DNA from: an uncultured virus (IMG/VR IMGVR_UViG_3300032288_004103)
Lineage: Duplodnaviria; Heunggongvirae; Uroviricota; Caudoviricetes
Length of the DNA stretch: 64,000 nucleotides
Reading direction: 5' to 3' (one strand)
Virus record (IMG/VR): IMGVR_UViG_3300032288_004103
The notes beneath the pieces are model-generated. The model saw only the letters and a list, made by a program, of their open reading frames with translations. It was not told the DNA's origin and made no database searches. Positions 39,501 to 49,191 of this stretch are shown here, piece by piece (position 1 is the stretch's first letter; every line of letters begins with the position of its first letter). A program made the position numbers and the translations under genes.

Positions 39501-40144
39501 AAGTTGTTGATGGTGTTAAATTGGGTGAATTAAAAAAGAATTTAGTTGGTGAAGAAAATTTAAATAAGTATATAAATAGTCTTAAAAAAGAAGGTATTGT
39601 TGATCAAGAAAAAGAAAATGATAAAAATGAAAATTCTGAGAAAACTACTGAAAATACGGGTGTTTTAGAAATTACGAATACTAAAAACGAAGTTATTGTA
39701 AAAACTAAAGATAATAAAGCTCCTTCAGAAATAGAAATAGATGGTAAGAAATCACCCGATAATAAAATTATTATTGAAATTAAAGCAGGAAAAAACCCAA
39801 AAAAGGAGTATAATATTTCTGAATCTAGTAAAACTATTAATATAAATACTGAATTTAAAGAAGGTTTGGTTAATCCAGAAAAAATAAAAACATTAAATAA
39901 AAACATAACTGACGCCAAAACTGCATTACAAAGTGCTGAACAAGAATACGAAACAAATCCTGGACCAAATACTAAATCTAAATTAAGGGGATGTAAACAA
40001 AAACTTGAAGACGCTGAAAGAGATTTAAAAATTTATAAAACAGATAATAGTGATAGTGTAAAAGTTGAGGCATACTTATCAAAAAATAAAAAAACGACTA
40101 AAACTAATAAATCGTTTACTATTACTGAAAATGGGTTAAATTAA
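36551..40144 (+). CDS. Large baseplate/tube-initiator-like protein
   Basis: MWFPPYELTFSES..W..NEFIGRSEPVYTY..RS..LSF and GRPPVCILRIGD..IINSLSITY..WD resemble contractile-tail tube-initiator domains, split by an insertion. Confidence 0.55.
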   Translation: MAGILDYNKGIYSTQAYRDSLLGRNLPPPINQTLTQAGLTSFLNDIGKVINVPVNGTTSENIPTHYNENENLFPLGNFFRTTQNVNLNRYIPQDDIYEVYELTFPPNLGYPLPEGFGNKVRDDYPTSYNQEQFFLVNKGDQKGVKFPFNVIDTYKSLNFQRESSLGLIGGQQLEKTVIDKIAQISEETGNSNKKTGYITEPIGNIVDNYVGKLRGNIQFFNTLPNDAIGWNEYNSSAKSGDELLKSDLDLKEGVVPTMSTEVRMKTLLERTSPTQVSFAFNLLNKNDYRPLYEDRRLAGTSDAGLNARYYIGTEKNTNRGNRITKVFESSDFNGEVDTTGNGARTTIEGVGEPFGEPNKFFWTTGGEQRFNEKTLLYKTQQLVNNNQDSVFINQTRKYFKDKQQKRIISRGNGIKNSDLIDIDGNGNYCRVWTVTDRYSYLNAIRNTGLFYSPDNDLNGFSVTEGRAKQSVLMDNGIPKYHPVITDSETTRKKFMLSIENLAWTDNLADLPLSEIGPGDILSGNKGRIMWFPPYELTFSESTSANWNKNEFIGRSEPVYTYSNSSRSGDLSFKILVDHPRVINCYRGKSTNLTERFFAGCTTPEEFLRALECSVSTSVSDEIKVKLNEKEPVKKVDTEKVKDDGKVLLDRDKECTESTENCIAKIKPNQANLDAIVTKIKTFLEKQSSNTNPKVKISLIGWVGKGVTVDKDGEPTGDDGSTLAKKFANDVKTEILTKLNSSGIDPKLISNISTFETKGNPAFSTDEDNDYRVDVLMENDSEKSKDLDPKEKSGEDSDSFNPEDIRLIDNLIIDESVYFDFIDENYPNYFKYISEKIKYFQPAYHSITPEGFNSRLTFLNQCMRQGPSIYDKKTLKDGTEVGVQPQNLSFGRPPVCILRIGDFFHTKIIINSLSITYDGPQWDINPEGIGVQPMIATVSLSIDYIGGHSLVGPLNRLQNALSFNYYANTEMYDVRADYINASTGKVVDGVKLGELKKNLVGEENLNKYINSLKKEGIVDQEKENDKNENSEKTTENTGVLEITNTKNEVIVKTKDNKAPSEIEIDGKKSPDNKIIIEIKAGKNPKKEYNISESSKTININTEFKEGLVNPEKIKTLNKNITDAKTALQSAEQEYETNPGPNTKSKLRGCKQKLEDAERDLKIYKTDNSDSVKVEAYLSKNKKTTKTNKSFTITENGLN

Positions 40145-40150
40145 TATATA

Positions 40151-40477
40151 ATGGGAAAAGAATATTTTGACAGATATCAGAGTTTTAAATTCGATGGTAA
40201 ATATTTACCATTACCTTACATACCTATACCACCTAAAGGTTCGGATAAAAGTGTTGTATACGAATCACAATTTTCAAGATTAGATAAAATAAGTCAAAAA
40301 TATTATAATAACCCTTATCATGGTTGGTTAATATTGGCGGCGAATCCACAATACGGTGGTGTTGAAGAAAATATACCTGATAGGGAAATAATTAGAATTC
40401 CTTTTCCATTTAAAGACAGTATTCAACAGTATATTGACGAAACGCAAAAATATATTAATTTATACATTAAAAAATAA
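40151..40477 (+). CDS. Baseplate wedge LysM-like protein (gp53/tail X-like)
   Basis: RLDKISQKYYNNPYHGWLILAANP..IIRIP. Confidence 0.75.
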   Translation: MGKEYFDRYQSFKFDGKYLPLPYIPIPPKGSDKSVVYESQFSRLDKISQKYYNNPYHGWLILAANPQYGGVEENIPDREIIRIPFPFKDSIQQYIDETQKYINLYIKK

Positions 40478-40486
40478 AAATTTTAA

Positions 40487-43400
40487 ATGGATCCAAAAGT
40501 AGAAAAAATAGGTAAAGCATTTATTGTTGACCCAAATCCTCCGGGAATGGAGATGATTCCCACAGAAGACTTATTCATATATGTTAAATTTTCAGCGTAC
40601 CCAAGAAGTAGATTAACTTATGGTGGGGAAAGTGTGGGAAATTTTAATAGTGGTGTCGAAGATGAGGTACATTTTATCGCAACAAAAATAAATTATAATA
40701 AAGATACTGGTAAATTAGATCCACCTTTACAAAAAACTTATGCAACTACTGATTGGACAAACATAGGTGGTTTTAATTCTTCAGATACTAGAAGTAGTGG
40801 TATATTAGAGGGTTTCGGTATTAAATCTATTGATATAAAATATAATGCAAGTTTAGTACCAACAGTAGATATTACATTTACAGATGTAAGAGGTGGTGCT
40901 TTATTTGATGTTATTAAAGATGATGATAGATTATCACCATATAGTATATTTTTTAAAATGCCATATCCAGTTTTTAGTTTATCAATCAAAGGATATTTTG
41001 GACAAAAAATAGATTTTTGTCTCCATATGGTTAATTGGACATCAAGTTTCAACGGGTCTACTGGTGATTTTGAGATAACCGCAAACTTTTTAGGTTTCCA
41101 ACAAGCATTTTTAAATGATATGGTTTTAGGTAATATTATTGGTGCGGTTAATACTGAAGAGGGGTATAATAATTTAAATAGAATTTATGATGAAAGTAAA
41201 TCAACTGTTGGACAAAATAATAATGTAGGTCAAACTTTAGAAGATTTAAGAAAAAGTGGTGATTTAAATATCAGAAAAATAGATGATTTTTTTACACAAA
41301 TTAGTAAATTACAGGTAGAGGCGGAAATCATAAAAACTGATAGTAATAGTTTTCAAGTTTTAAAAGATTTAAATGGTAAATTAAGTTTATTAAAAAGTAT
41401 AAGAACTTTTATAGGTAACCCATTACCAAAAGAACCTGAAAGTAATAGTAGTGGTAGTAATCAAAAAAATCAAGAATCTAAACCTTATTTATCTATACCA
41501 AATAAATCTACAGTAATACAAACGTCATCTATTAAAGATGATGAATTAACTTTAAATCAAAATTATCTATCAATTAGGGATTACATAGTATTTAATTCAA
41601 TAAATAGATTATCTTTCAAATCTTATATATCTACATTAAATTCTATTATTTTAAAGTATCAAGAATACATTAATTCAGGAGAAAGAGTTTTTGATAAATT
41701 AACCGATAGTTTATCTAATGCAAAAAATTTAGAACAGAAAAAGAAAGATAAGTTAACTAAATTTAATGAAAAAATAACTGAAAAAGATAAAACTTTAATT
41801 TCATATTTTGGATCAATTACTTCTGATGAAAACTGGGAATATTTTATAGTTTCCCCAACTAAAAACATTAATAATAAACCTGAACAATTAAGGTTAGATT
41901 CTGTTTTAGAACAATTTTACACTGATGGTACATTAATTAATTTAAAAAGAACTTATATTGAAAAACTAGATGAATTAAATAGTAATTTCAATATGGAATT
42001 ATTTAAAAAACAAGTTAATGATAAAAATTTTTATGCACCAAAAACAAAATTATTACCAACTACAAATGTATTAGTTGCTGATTTTAGAATTCAAAGAGCT
42101 TTAATAGAAAATACGATAATAGAATTAGAAGAAGTAATAAAAATTCAAAAAGAAGTAGTACAAACAGAAATAAATGATAAATTAAATGAAAATTTTAAAA
42201 GTAAATTTAACTTTAATCCGACAATAGGTAAGTGTTTTGAAATTATTGCAAACAATACGCAAGCAATGATTGAAACAGTTTATGATGTAAGTAACTCTGC
42301 AGAACAAAAAAGTATTGAAAAAAATAGAACAGCAATTTTAAAAGGGTATGAAACTGATGTACCTGTAGGAATAGAAGGTGTAGCTTGGCCATCTATTTAT
42401 CAGAAAAGTGATAAAGGTGATTTAACTGAAACGTATATTGGTGAGGTTCCTGGAATGACTACTTCTGATTTTCCTGAATGGGATTTTGTAGAAAGAGTTT
42501 TTGAAAATTTAGTTGGTAAAACAAAAACTTTAGAAGATATTACTAAAGCCTCAAATTTAAAAAACGGTTTAGATACAGATAATTGGTTTCCAATAAACCC
42601 TATTGATTATAAAGTTAATCCTTGGATTAGATTAAATTCTATAAACGATTATAAAGATATGGGTAATGAGTTAATAGAAAAATTTTTTAATAGAGTTGCA
42701 TTATTAAAAAATTATACTGTAAACTCACCTTCTACGGGATTTAGGGATATTGGTGAATATGCTAGAATTGAGGCAATAGCAGCAAATAAAACAATATTTT
42801 CTGAAAGTGCTAGAAAAATAATTTCTAATATATTAATAGATATAGAAAAACAATTGAATTTCCCAAATTCACCTACTATAGATAGTAAATTTAATTTAGT
42901 AGAATCAAAATATTATAAAAACTTTGTTATTAACACAAACCCAGATATTTTTGAAATTAGTGAATCAAACCAATTTCAAAAAATAGGTAATTTTAAAATT
43001 AGTGGTAAATTTTCTGATCAAGTAGAATATATTTTATTTGATGATAAAGACATTATAAATAATAATAAAAAATTATTTCAAGAAATAAAAGATGATTTAG
43101 TATATAGAAAATTAATAGATAGTACTACCGCTAATCAAATTAATAAAACTGAAGGTGGACCAAATTTATTTTATGAAACTAAATATTCGGATTCAAATAA
43201 TTTAACCACAAATATCTTATACAATGTTTGGTATAGTGATGTTGCTATAAATTTATATAAATCCAGTGGTAATAAAATAGAAAAATCTTTATCTAGTGGT
43301 ACTTTAAAAGATTTTAATGGTAGTGGCGGTACTTACAATGGTGATTTTATTAACCAAACTTATTTTAAATTTAATGATACTGGTAAAACCGAATATGGTG

Positions 43401-46186
43401 ATATAATGGTAGAGTCAAATTTATATAAAGAACAAACTTCTAATTATGCTAGAGCATTGTTATTGTTATCCACATTCCCATTTAGAAATTTTAAAGAAAG
43501 TTTTTTAGATGCAGTTTTCCCTAATAATGACAAGAGTGGTGCTAGAGTAATTAATATGCCTAAGTTATATATTTATTATATTGGTGGATTGTTATGGAGA
43601 TATGAAACTAGTTTATCTGGATCTGACCCATTAAAATTCAATACGACTACTATTAATTATAGTAAATTTAAAACTGATTATAATTCTTATTTAAATAGAA
43701 TAGGGTATAGTATTAAAAAAAATAAAGTATCTGTCGATAAGATACCAACAGAACTATTAGAAGATGAATTAATTAATTTACCGATAACAGTAAAAGATAA
43801 ATTAATAAAAAATTTTAAGAATTGGGTTGACTCAGAAAATTTTAATAATTCGTATTCAGGATTTTTTGAAAGAAATGTTTCTTTTTATGTATATAGCAAT
43901 GAAAAATCAACTTTAATAAGTGAAAATGATAAAAAATTAGGTGCGTCATCAATCTTTAATAAAATAAAAGAAACCACTAGTTTAATTTTAATTAATCCAT
44001 TAATTTTTGATAAAGTTAAAATTAATACTTATAAAAATAATAAAGGTCTTATAGTTTTTAAAAATGATTTATTAAGTTATGTTAATGCTTTTAAACAAAA
44101 GTTTGATAATGTAGGTGAGGATAATGAAAATGGGAAAAAAGAAAATAATGAAGAACAAAAAAGTGATAATAAAAGTACTAATGCAATAAAATTAGAATTA
44201 TATAATTATTTTAAAAATATTGCAAATAAATGGGTTGGTGCAGATAAAAAATCTTTTAATATATGTGGTGACCCTAATAGTAAAAATTTAATAGATTATT
44301 TTAGATTTATAGATAGGGGTTGGAGATTTATAGGTGATGAGGCAACATTTAATTTAAAAAGTTTTTTAACATTAGGTAGTAATTTAAATACTAGTGTTTA
44401 TTTTTTCATAACTAAATTACTGAGGGATAGTAACTTTTTATTTCAGATACTACCAACATATATCAATTTTAAAAGTGCTACAGAAGTGGCTAAAATATTT
44501 CAACCACAAACTACATTGCAGAACAACGATTCAACTGGACCTATTTTTTGTTGTATATACGTTGGTGGGGCATCAGAAGTTTTAGATATAGGTGAAAGGA
44601 GTAATTATTACTTTAAAAACGATGGATTTAGTTTAACTACGGGTGATATACCACCAGATTTAGTAGATGAAAATAAAAAAATAATTGATCAGGATGGTAA
44701 TATAGATTTAGATGAAAGTTCTTTAGTTGCTTTTAGAGTTGCTTTTGGGGCACAAAATCAAACGGTATTTAAAAATGTTTCATTAAGTCAACAAGAACAT
44801 AGACAAACAGGAGAATATTTTAATGCATTATCAAATTTAATAGATAAAAGAGGAGGTACTCAAAAAACATATGTGGGTACAGATTTGTTAAGATTATTTA
44901 AAACAAGATCATATACTTGTAAAGTTGATGCTATGGGTTGTGCTAATATACAACCATTAATGTATTTTGATTTACAAAACGTACCATTTTTTAATGGGGC
45001 GTATCTTATAACTAACGTAACACACTCCATAACTCCAAACCAAATGGATACTAGTTTTGAAGGTGTTAGGCAATCTAGATATATTACAAACCCTACAACA
45101 CAAATTACTGCAGATTTAGATATAGATTTAAATGAAAGTAGTGAAACACCTAAAATAGAGTTCACTAATTTAAATAATAAAAATCCTATATATAGTATTG
45201 GTGTAAATAACCCTAACGATGCATTTAATTTTGAAATAAATTTCGATAACCAAAGTGGTATAGATAATTTTAAAAATTTAGGTGTTACTATGTTCGATGA
45301 TAATAGATTAAGAGAAATAATAGACTTTATAAAAACAGAATTTAGACTTTTTGATGTCAAATCAAATGCTCAAGTCACAATGTTGTTATCATCAATGTTA
45401 TCTAATTCAGAAAATTTTTTAAATAAAGAAATGCCTTGGGATGTAGAAAATAAAGAAACATATGTAGAAAGATTTCCTAAATCTGATCCCGCCTATGATA
45501 AAATAAAATATTATGGAAATACTCCTGGATTTGGTAAATATTTAGAAACCCAACCTATATTTACTGCTGGTACTCTAAATGATATATCTTATAATATACC
45601 TGGTAACGACAAATTAAAAGAATTTGTTAGAAACGATACCATAGAAAACAGAAAACAAGAAATTGATAAAATACTACCAACGTTAAATGATTCAATACCT
45701 TTAGAAAAAACTGAAAAAGAAGCATTAATTAAAGAAAAAGAAGCATTACTTTTGGAAGAAAAGAGTTTAATTGATACAACTAAGTATTATAATATTTTTG
45801 TGGGTGATGCATATAGGTTTAGACCAAGAGGTTATTTATATATGATAGGTAGAAAACAATACGCTGATTTATACGGAGATGCTGGACTAATAGATCCTTT
45901 TACGTATTCTAAAACAGAAGAAAATGCAATAACCACTAGTATAGATGTTTGGATATATGACAAAGAAGGTCCATTAGAAAAACTTGCAGGTGGTAAAGGA
46001 AACGCATATACTTATTCTACTAATAGTAATGGTTCAGCAACAATATTTTCTAAGTGTATTGAGTTAAGTCAACAATATAGTTCTAAAGGATTAGAAAATG
46101 CGTTTACTACATTTGAGAAGGTATTAACTACATTTAAAGATTCAAACGGACAACCATTAATTAATTATTTTAATCCAGGTCCTTAA
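40487..46186 (+). CDS. Large baseplate hub protein with degenerate C-terminal GH19/lysozyme-like domain
   Basis: 1899 aa; FGIKSIDIKY..PTVDITFTDVRG and CKVDAMGCANIQP..FNGAYLITNVTHSI (gp27/late-control-D-like); GDAYRFRPRGYLYMIGRKQY. Confidence 0.6.
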   Translation: MDPKVEKIGKAFIVDPNPPGMEMIPTEDLFIYVKFSAYPRSRLTYGGESVGNFNSGVEDEVHFIATKINYNKDTGKLDPPLQKTYATTDWTNIGGFNSSDTRSSGILEGFGIKSIDIKYNASLVPTVDITFTDVRGGALFDVIKDDDRLSPYSIFFKMPYPVFSLSIKGYFGQKIDFCLHMVNWTSSFNGSTGDFEITANFLGFQQAFLNDMVLGNIIGAVNTEEGYNNLNRIYDESKSTVGQNNNVGQTLEDLRKSGDLNIRKIDDFFTQISKLQVEAEIIKTDSNSFQVLKDLNGKLSLLKSIRTFIGNPLPKEPESNSSGSNQKNQESKPYLSIPNKSTVIQTSSIKDDELTLNQNYLSIRDYIVFNSINRLSFKSYISTLNSIILKYQEYINSGERVFDKLTDSLSNAKNLEQKKKDKLTKFNEKITEKDKTLISYFGSITSDENWEYFIVSPTKNINNKPEQLRLDSVLEQFYTDGTLINLKRTYIEKLDELNSNFNMELFKKQVNDKNFYAPKTKLLPTTNVLVADFRIQRALIENTIIELEEVIKIQKEVVQTEINDKLNENFKSKFNFNPTIGKCFEIIANNTQAMIETVYDVSNSAEQKSIEKNRTAILKGYETDVPVGIEGVAWPSIYQKSDKGDLTETYIGEVPGMTTSDFPEWDFVERVFENLVGKTKTLEDITKASNLKNGLDTDNWFPINPIDYKVNPWIRLNSINDYKDMGNELIEKFFNRVALLKNYTVNSPSTGFRDIGEYARIEAIAANKTIFSESARKIISNILIDIEKQLNFPNSPTIDSKFNLVESKYYKNFVINTNPDIFEISESNQFQKIGNFKISGKFSDQVEYILFDDKDIINNNKKLFQEIKDDLVYRKLIDSTTANQINKTEGGPNLFYETKYSDSNNLTTNILYNVWYSDVAINLYKSSGNKIEKSLSSGTLKDFNGSGGTYNGDFINQTYFKFNDTGKTEYGDIMVESNLYKEQTSNYARALLLLSTFPFRNFKESFLDAVFPNNDKSGARVINMPKLYIYYIGGLLWRYETSLSGSDPLKFNTTTINYSKFKTDYNSYLNRIGYSIKKNKVSVDKIPTELLEDELINLPITVKDKLIKNFKNWVDSENFNNSYSGFFERNVSFYVYSNEKSTLISENDKKLGASSIFNKIKETTSLILINPLIFDKVKINTYKNNKGLIVFKNDLLSYVNAFKQKFDNVGEDNENGKKENNEEQKSDNKSTNAIKLELYNYFKNIANKWVGADKKSFNICGDPNSKNLIDYFRFIDRGWRFIGDEATFNLKSFLTLGSNLNTSVYFFITKLLRDSNFLFQILPTYINFKSATEVAKIFQPQTTLQNNDSTGPIFCCIYVGGASEVLDIGERSNYYFKNDGFSLTTGDIPPDLVDENKKIIDQDGNIDLDESSLVAFRVAFGAQNQTVFKNVSLSQQEHRQTGEYFNALSNLIDKRGGTQKTYVGTDLLRLFKTRSYTCKVDAMGCANIQPLMYFDLQNVPFFNGAYLITNVTHSITPNQMDTSFEGVRQSRYITNPTTQITADLDIDLNESSETPKIEFTNLNNKNPIYSIGVNNPNDAFNFEINFDNQSGIDNFKNLGVTMFDDNRLREIIDFIKTEFRLFDVKSNAQVTMLLSSMLSNSENFLNKEMPWDVENKETYVERFPKSDPAYDKIKYYGNTPGFGKYLETQPIFTAGTLNDISYNIPGNDKLKEFVRNDTIENRKQEIDKILPTLNDSIPLEKTEKEALIKEKEALLLEEKSLIDTTKYYNIFVGDAYRFRPRGYLYMIGRKQYADLYGDAGLIDPFTYSKTEENAITTSIDVWIYDKEGPLEKLAGGKGNAYTYSTNSNGSATIFSKCIELSQQYSSKGLENAFTTFEKVLTTFKDSNGQPLINYFNPGP

Positions 46187-46205
46187 CTTTTTAAAAAAAA
46201 ATTAT

Positions 46206-46213
46206 TATATTTG
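46206..46213 (+). promoter_or_regulatory. Bacteroidota-type -7 box
   Basis: TATATTTG just upstream of ATG 46219. Confidence 0.5.
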
Positions 46214-46218
46214 TAAAT

Positions 46219-46821
46219 ATGTATTTTGGAAATATAATATCAGAAAAAAATATTGTTATAGACGGATTTAAAATTTTCAATAATATTGAAGATGTTGATA
46301 ATGATTTACCTACTATTATAATAGGATGGGGTTTAGTAAAACTATTGTATGGAGATAAAGTTTCTATACTCCACAAAAATATAAATATAAAAACATTTTG
46401 GACTTTTTCTGAAAAAGAAAGAAAGGTGGATTTTGAAGTTGATATAGAAAATTTTAAAGAATATTGTTATAATAATTTTGGTGAAAATATACCGTATGTT
46501 TATTTAGATTTTTTATATGGTAAAAAGAATATAAATAAAAAAATAATAAAAAAAATATTATCATTAAAAGAATCGACAATATATGTGACAGAAAATGAAA
46601 TGGTTTACATATATGGAGAAAACATTTTATTTGGGGTAGATTTAAATACCGTCAATTATTTCCAAAATAAAAAAGATAAAGTTTTAAATAGGTTAAAAAG
46701 TTTAAAAAATTGTGTTTTGGTAGATTCTAAGATATTTAATAAATACAGGGATTTTTTATATAAAATAAAAGATAAAAAAAGACTAATCCCGTATATTATT
46801 AAAAATGGAAACACAATTTAA
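46219..46821 (+). CDS. Hypothetical protein
   Basis: 200-aa ORF (LPTIIIGW, FWTFS); no function recognised. Confidence 0.7.
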   Translation: MYFGNIISEKNIVIDGFKIFNNIEDVDNDLPTIIIGWGLVKLLYGDKVSILHKNINIKTFWTFSEKERKVDFEVDIENFKEYCYNNFGENIPYVYLDFLYGKKNINKKIIKKILSLKESTIYVTENEMVYIYGENILFGVDLNTVNYFQNKKDKVLNRLKSLKNCVLVDSKIFNKYRDFLYKIKDKKRLIPYIIKNGNTI

Positions 46822-47215
46822 AAGTATAACATTAGCATCATTTGTTTATTTAGATAAAGTACAATCTTTTATTAATTATTTAGAAAAAAGATTTAAAATT
46901 AAAAAAGATAATATTTTTCAATATAGTTATTCAGAAGAAAACAAAAAAATAATAACTTATAGAATAAGTTTAAAAGAAGGTAAAAAAATAGATTTATCTT
47001 CTATATACCCACCAACAATAATTGTTCATAAAAAAGGTGAATGTTTTTATACTATTAACGCGTTAAATAAATTAATTGATAGTTTAAATGGTGTAGAACA
47101 AGGTAATTTTAATTACATAGAATATAAAATTAATTGGGATAATTATCAGAATAAAATTATAATCATCAAAAACGATGAATTAAAAATTATAGATATTGAA
47201 AAAGATTTTTCTTGA
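46805..47215 (+). CDS. Hypothetical phage protein
   Basis: 136 aa; HKK..FYTINALN motif; overlaps upstream gene. Confidence 0.7.
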   Translation: METQFKSITLASFVYLDKVQSFINYLEKRFKIKKDNIFQYSYSEENKKIITYRISLKEGKKIDLSSIYPPTIIVHKKGECFYTINALNKLIDSLNGVEQGNFNYIEYKINWDNYQNKIIIIKNDELKIIDIEKDFS

Positions 47216-47247
47216 AAATAAGATATTTATTAATAAAATAAAAGATT

Positions 47248-47436
47248 ATGAAAGATTTTAACGATAAAAAAAGTAAAGAAAGTTTAGAAAACAAATTAGA
47301 TGAATTCTTAACGAATACAAATTCAAAAAAAGAAGAATGTGTAGGTGATGAATGTTTAATTAACGATGGAAAAGAAATTGTTGAAAGAGTAAACAAAGTT
47401 TATAAAACTAATGACGGTAGACAACTTTTAATGTAA
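47248..47436 (+). CDS. Small hypothetical protein
   Basis: 62 aa after ATATTTAT at 47223. Confidence 0.65.
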   Translation: MKDFNDKKSKESLENKLDEFLTNTNSKKEECVGDECLINDGKEIVERVNKVYKTNDGRQLLM

Positions 47437-47442
47437 AAAATT

Positions 47443-48156
47443 ATGAACAAAAAAACACTTATAGAAAAAGACTTAAAAAGGTATAAACAACTTTTAGAAT
47501 ATACTTTTTATGTACCTGAAGAAAAAAAAGAAAAAGATTTAAACGGTGATTTATTATTAGATGATTCTTTTTTAACTGAACAAGATCCAGCAGGTGATGA
47601 TCCTTTTATGGATTTAGGTGGTGAAGAAGAAGGTGGAGGACAAGCTCCGACAACTGGTGGTACAGAAACATCTACTACTGGTTCTACAGAAACAGATACG
47701 ACTGATACAGAAGAGGATGTAGAAATTGAAGACGAATTTGCGGATACTGAAACTAGTGATGAAGATACGGTTGAAGTTGATGTAACTGATATTGTTGATA
47801 ATACTGAGGCTACCAAAACTTCTGTAGATGGTGTAAGTTCAAAGATGGATGAATTATTATCTAAATTATCTGAATTAGAAAATCAAGTTTCTGGTATGGA
47901 TAAAGTTATCAATAAGATTGAAGGTTTAGAAAAAGAAATAGAAAGAAGAAACCCAACCCCTGTTGAAAGATTAGAAATGAGATCTTTAAGTTCTTTCCCA
48001 TATAGCGTTAAATTAACAGATTTTTGGGATGATAAAGAAGGTTATGAGGCTAAAGAAGATAGTGACGAAGAATATATTTTAAGACAAAGTGATGTGGAAA
48101 ATTTTGACGCTAAACAAATAAGGGCATCTTTTAATGATCCTAATGAAAAAGAATAA
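47443..48156 (+). CDS. Acidic coiled-coil protein, putative prohead core/scaffold-like
   Basis: 237 aa; basic leader ending FLTEQ, very acidic linker, coiled coil. Confidence 0.5.
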   Translation: MNKKTLIEKDLKRYKQLLEYTFYVPEEKKEKDLNGDLLLDDSFLTEQDPAGDDPFMDLGGEEEGGGQAPTTGGTETSTTGSTETDTTDTEEDVEIEDEFADTETSDEDTVEVDVTDIVDNTEATKTSVDGVSSKMDELLSKLSELENQVSGMDKVINKIEGLEKEIERRNPTPVERLEMRSLSSFPYSVKLTDFWDDKEGYEAKEDSDEEYILRQSDVENFDAKQIRASFNDPNEKE

Positions 48157-48178
48157 AATATAAAAAAATATTTAAAAG

Positions 48179-48208
48179 AAGCCTCACTAACAAAGTGGGG
48201 TTTTTTTT
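48179..48208 (+). terminator. Rho-independent terminator
   Basis: AAGCCTCACT-AACAA-AGTGGGGTTT followed by a T run. Confidence 0.75.
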
Positions 48209-48218
48209 ATTACCTATA

Positions 48219-48247
48219 TTGACTTTTAAGTAAAAAATACTTATAAT
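48219..48247 (+). promoter_or_regulatory. Sigma70-like promoter for the ssb-uvsX-rnh operon
   Basis: TTGACT-17 nt-TATAAT. Confidence 0.65.
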
Positions 48248-48277
48248 TGTGTATTATTAACTTAAAAAAAATAAAAA

Positions 48278-49183
48278 ATGAGTAAAACTTTAGATGCGAT
48301 TTTATCTCAGTATGAAAAAAATACTGAAGTAAAAAAAAGTACAACTAAGTTGTCTAATGAAGACAGACTTAAAAAGTATTTTAGCGAAAAACTTCCGAAA
48401 GGAGTTAAAAATCAAACCAAAAGGTTTAGAATTTTACCTAACAAAAATGGTGGTAGCCCCTTTACTGAGGTGTATTATCACGAAAAACAGGTTAACGGTA
48501 AATGGGAAAAAATTTACTGTAACCATTTAAACGATGGAGAACATTGTCCTCTATGTGAAGCAAAAGACGCTTTATATGAAGATGGTTCTGAAAGAGCTAA
48601 AAAATTAGCTAAAGAATTTGTTGCTAGAAAATTCTATGTTGTTAAAGGTATTGACAGAGAGAATGAGGAAGATGGTGTTAAATTTTGGAGATTTAAACAT
48701 AAATATACTGGTGACGGTATAATGGATAAAATCATTCCATTATTTAAATTAAAAGGTGATATTACTGATCCTAGAGAAGGTAGAGATATCCTTATTACCA
48801 CAGGAAGGAATGATAAAGGTTATAGTGTAGTTAATTCTATTATGGCTGATGATACATCTATTTTAACAACAGATAAAGAAAAGGCTAATGAATGGTTTAA
48901 TAATGAAGAAACACATAGAGATGTTTATTCTAAAAAGAGTCAGGAGTATTTAGAAATTGTTGCAACAAATAAAACACCTATTTGGGATTCTGAACAAAGT
49001 AAATTTGTGGCTGAAGAAGATAAAGAAGAAAAAGAAACTGCATCTTTGTCTGAAGAAATAAATATGATGAAATCAGAATCATTTAAGTCTACAAAAAATG
49101 AATCTATTAACGAACCAGAAGATGAGGATGATGAATTTGAATCTACTAGTTTGGATGAAGAGGATGATGAATTACCATTTTAA
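48278..49183 (+). CDS. gp32: Single-stranded DNA-binding protein (T4 gp32-like)
   Basis: RFRILP, YYH..C..CPLC zinc site, DITDPREGRD, acidic tail ending DELPF. Confidence 0.85.
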   Translation: MSKTLDAILSQYEKNTEVKKSTTKLSNEDRLKKYFSEKLPKGVKNQTKRFRILPNKNGGSPFTEVYYHEKQVNGKWEKIYCNHLNDGEHCPLCEAKDALYEDGSERAKKLAKEFVARKFYVVKGIDRENEEDGVKFWRFKHKYTGDGIMDKIIPLFKLKGDITDPREGRDILITTGRNDKGYSVVNSIMADDTSILTTDKEKANEWFNNEETHRDVYSKKSQEYLEIVATNKTPIWDSEQSKFVAEEDKEEKETASLSEEINMMKSESFKSTKNESINEPEDEDDEFESTSLDEEDDELPF

Positions 49184-49191
49184 TTTATAAT

